A stretch of DNA of 64,000 bases, from assembly GCF_965216145.1 (NCBI RefSeq), contig NZ_OZ244149.1, forward strand, positions 1,013,411-1,077,410, given 5' to 3'. How positions within the stretch are numbered: the first letter of the stretch is position 1; each line of letters starts with the position of its first letter. This document shows positions 61,188 through 64,000 of this stretch, piece after piece. The notes below the pieces were generated by a model. The model searched no databases. It saw only the letters and a program-made list of their open reading frames with translations, and was not told the DNA's origin. This DNA is from Candidatus Palauibacter sp. GTDB lineage: Bacteria > Gemmatimonadota > Gemmatimonadetes > Palauibacterales > Palauibacteraceae. Position numbers and translations under genes: made by a program.

Positions 61188-62600
61188 TCAACGCTGGTGG
61201 ACCTCGAACTTCTTCAGCCAGAGTTCACCGGTGCCACTCCTCGCCTCATTACCCAGCTCTATGGCGGTAAAATAGTGGTGGGCCGGCACATATCCCTTGT
61301 CCACCAAGTACTGGAAGAAGGTCAGTACGTTGACTGAACCGATGTACTGATCTTCGTGCCTCAGGAATGCGATAAAATCGGCGACGTATCTCGTCCCTCC
61401 TGCGGAGTCGTGCCAAACTCGATCCGGCCAGACGTACAGATCCCACAGGGCGCCGTCGAGTCTCACGGGTCCGATATAGAACTCCGGCCTGGCGGGTCTG
61501 GAGTCGTGATCCATCCAGATCATTATCTCGTGCGAGATGCCTGATTCGCTGGGTGGGTTGTTTCGAGTGATCCAGAAGTCGAACGACAGGTTGTATCGTC
61601 CCTCAGCCGCGAGATACGCCTCGTAGTCGACTTCAAGACGCTCAACGGCGCCAATCTGCCTCGGCATCTCCGAGGTCGTAGAGGTGCGACTCCAAGGCTT
61701 GCGGCCGTAGACTACCTCTGGGTAGCCCTTCACGCGGCCCTCTCTTACCGGCCAGCGCCATCGCCAACCGTACTCCTCCTTCCCGCCCGACCCGGGAAGT
61801 GTTCGTTTCATGATACACTGTTCGTAATCCGTCGTGTTCTGTCTGTTCCAGACATTGTTGGAGTAGCGGTAGTCTCCCACAAACCACTCTTCCCAGCCCC
61901 TGCAAGCCTCGGCGTCCGGCGATACCGGTGTCGGATCCGAGGGCGGAGGCGTCGGATCGAACGGGGCGGGGCCGGGAATCGTCACTTGAGCTGTGCCCGG
62001 CACGGAATTCGCGACCGCCGTGATGGTGGCGCTCCCCACGCCGGCGGCCCGCACAACACCGACGGAGTCGACGCTCGCGATCATCGTGTCATTCGACTCC
62101 CACGTGAAAGTGACATCCGGTACCCGGTGCTGGTTCGCGTCGATCGCTGTCGCCGACAACCGTAGCGTGTCTTCCAGAGCGACGAGCGTGTCCGCCGCCG
62201 GCGAGACCGTTACCTCTGCAACCCGCTGCTGGACTGTGATTGCCGCGCTCGCGCGGGCTTCCGCCACGGATGCCGTGACCATCGCCGTCCCGTTCCCGGC
62301 CGCCGTCACGAGACCCGACGCATCCACCGTGGCGACCGAGGCGCTGTCACTCGACCAAGTGACCGAGGCGCCCGGCATCGCCTGTCCATTCTGGTCGCGC
62401 ACCGCAGCCCGCAGCCGGACGGTCTCGCCGAAGGCCGTCAACGCCGCTGTGGCTGGCGTCACCGTCACGGTCGTCGGGCGGGGCACGTCGGGTGTGGGTG
62501 TCGGCTCCGTGGCCTCACCCCCGCAGGCCTGGACTCCAAGCGCCGCCGCCAACCACGTCGCTCCAAGGATCCAGATGCGGTCTGTTCGACACCCTACCAC
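61188..62600 (-). CDS. Lipoprotein with two Ig-like (Big_2) domains and a C-terminal GH12-like glycoside hydrolase
   Basis: Lipobox VQAC; two WxS....A.VD..G.V.A repeats; NNVWN, GYPE, HEIMIW, ELGNE. Confidence 0.8.
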   Translation of the reverse strand: MVGCRTDRIWILGATWLAAALGVQACGGEATEPTPTPDVPRPTTVTVTPATAALTAFGETVRLRAAVRDQNGQAMPGASVTWSSDSASVATVDASGLVTAAGNGTAMVTASVAEARASAAITVQQRVAEVTVSPAADTLVALEDTLRLSATAIDANQHRVPDVTFTWESNDTMIASVDSVGVVRAAGVGSATITAVANSVPGTAQVTIPGPAPFDPTPPPSDPTPVSPDAEACRGWEEWFVGDYRYSNNVWNRQNTTDYEQCIMKRTLPGSGGKEEYGWRWRWPVREGRVKGYPEVVYGRKPWSRTSTTSEMPRQIGAVERLEVDYEAYLAAEGRYNLSFDFWITRNNPPSESGISHEIMIWMDHDSRPARPEFYIGPVRLDGALWDLYVWPDRVWHDSAGGTRYVADFIAFLRHEDQYIGSVNVLTFFQYLVDKGYVPAHHYFTAIELGNEARSGTGELWLKKFEVHQR

Positions 62601-62779
62601 AACCGTACCTCCCTCCCTCGTGGTAATTGGCTCCGGTTGCGCTGGCCATGCGTGACGGTCGGAGCTCGACGTCCGGCCGATCTCGACGCCCGTCACCGAC
62701 CGAGCCGTCTCATGCCGCGCACAGCGACCATGGATCCACCTTGGCAGTGCCCATGACGCTGATGACTCAGATCGGGGGG

Positions 62780-64000
62780 TCACGTATTCCACGGTGACGC
62801 CGTCAGCAGCAGGCGGCCGCGGAAGCCCGGCCGGGGCGGGTTCTTGAGGCCCTTCTCGAAGCCGAGCGGGATCTCGAAGCGCATCCGGCCTTGCTCGTCC
62901 GGACCGGCGAGCGCGACGCGCTTGGCGGCGTGGCCGCTGCCGACGCGGGTTCGGAGACCGGACCGGACCGTGGTCTTGCCGCCGTGACGCCAGCGGAGGT
63001 GCAGGGTGACCGTCTCGTTCAGGAGCGTCTCGCCCTCGAAGTGCTCGTCTAACCAGAACTTCTCGTCGACCTCGAAGAGCGGGACCTCAATCGCGATCTC
63101 GATCGCGAAGGCGAGTGCCGTGTCGCTCGTGCTCGTCTTGGCGCTCTGGAGGAGGAAACCGGAGAAGAGGTAGGCGGGCTTCCTCTCCTCGACGAGGTCC
63201 TCGTACCGCTTGCGGATGGCCGATTCATTCCGGACTCGGCGTTCGCTCAGGTAGCACCCGCCGCCGCGCACCTTGGCGCACGTATCGATGTTGTACCGGG
63301 CCCGGATCTTCTTGCCCTCAGCCTTCTTATTCCGGACCGCCCGCGGCAGCGTGATCTCGTCCACGGCCAGAAGGGCGTCGATCCGCACCTGCCCGAAAAG
63401 GAACCGGCGGAGGTTCTGGTATCCCTCCTCGGAGTTGACGATCCCGAACGGCCCGCTGTGGCTCCGGTGGGCGAATGCGCGCGGCGCCTCGTCAACGACC
63501 GCATTCTTCATCATCACGAGCCCGTCGCTGGTGGGGCCGGCGGCGCGCTTCGACAGGCCGAGAAACGCGCCGTAATCCTTGTAGTCCGTTCCTACGAAGC
63601 AGAAGAAGCGGTTCGGAGAGAAGGCGTCGTCGAGGGAGGTAACGCGGGCGCCCGGCGGCAGCTTGAGGTACTTCCGCATGTAGGCGCGGTTGAAGTTGCG
63701 GACGTGCATCTTGTCGAGCGCGCCCAGGTCCGGCGCGTTCACGCCCATCATCTCGATACCGCCGTGCGGCGTGGCATACGTGAAGACCTTGTCCACGTAG
63801 TGTTCCTCGCCGCGTGCCACGTTCTGCAGATACGTGCGGCAGATCAGCCCGCCCATGGAGTGCGCCACGAGATAGACCTTGAACTTCTCAAGTTCCTCGT
63901 CGTCTCCCAGGCACACCTGCTCACGGACGCGGAGGATGAACTTAGCGAGGTCCTCGGCGTAGCTCTCGATCGGGTCCTTCTCGCCGTCGCCGAAAGACTT
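62780..64000 (-). CDS. Alpha/beta hydrolase (PGAP1/lipase-like); 5' end outside window
   Basis: LVAHSMGGL nucleophile elbow, ATPHGG, SDGLV, RSH; frame open to the window end. Confidence 0.8.
   Translation of the reverse strand, partial: KSFGDGEKDPIESYAEDLAKFILRVREQVCLGDDEELEKFKVYLVAHSMGGLICRTYLQNVARGEEHYVDKVFTYATPHGGIEMMGVNAPDLGALDKMHVRNFNRAYMRKYLKLPPGARVTSLDDAFSPNRFFCFVGTDYKDYGAFLGLSKRAAGPTSDGLVMMKNAVVDEAPRAFAHRSHSGPFGIVNSEEGYQNLRRFLFGQVRIDALLAVDEITLPRAVRNKKAEGKKIRARYNIDTCAKVRGGGCYLSERRVRNESAIRKRYEDLVEERKPAYLFSGFLLQSAKTSTSDTALAFAIEIAIEVPLFEVDEKFWLDEHFEGETLLNETVTLHLRWRHGGKTTVRSGLRTRVGSGHAAKRVALAGPDEQGRMRFEIPLGFEKGLKNPPRPGFRGRLLLTASPWNT

Overview
GC-rich bacterial DNA; the gene style tentatively suggests a Gemmatimonadota-like, possibly sponge-associated organism (inference only). 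Positions 1-21.7 kb are housekeeping: glnS-YqeY, a TonB-dependent receptor, proS, fadJ, an M23 peptidase, a dnaE-accA-PSP1-metG run and phoD. This block ends at tRNA-Ile(GAT), whose 3' end is repeated 167 bp downstream (att-like). From about 22 kb to the window end is a defence/accessory island. It holds (i) an intact five-gene GASH + 2 GTPases + GAP1-EAD + caspase-EAD conflict system, (ii) a type I R-M system, (iii) two near-identical IS1182 copies plus IS481, IS1595 and IS21 remnants, (iv) a DUF3800 gene with a convergent structured small RNA, (v) a ParB + nuclease-like + Dam operon, (vi) a TIGR04255-like three-gene module, and (vii) many toxin-antitoxin-like pairs whose toxin is broken while the antitoxin/regulator is intact. 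Not explained by any ORF: two short structured non-coding elements (RNA A and RNA B), each present twice with its own sigma70-like promoter, tetraloop-capped hairpins and a terminator-like end; at 55.55-55.87 kb they sit back to back. All family assignments come from motif recognition by eye, not database searches.
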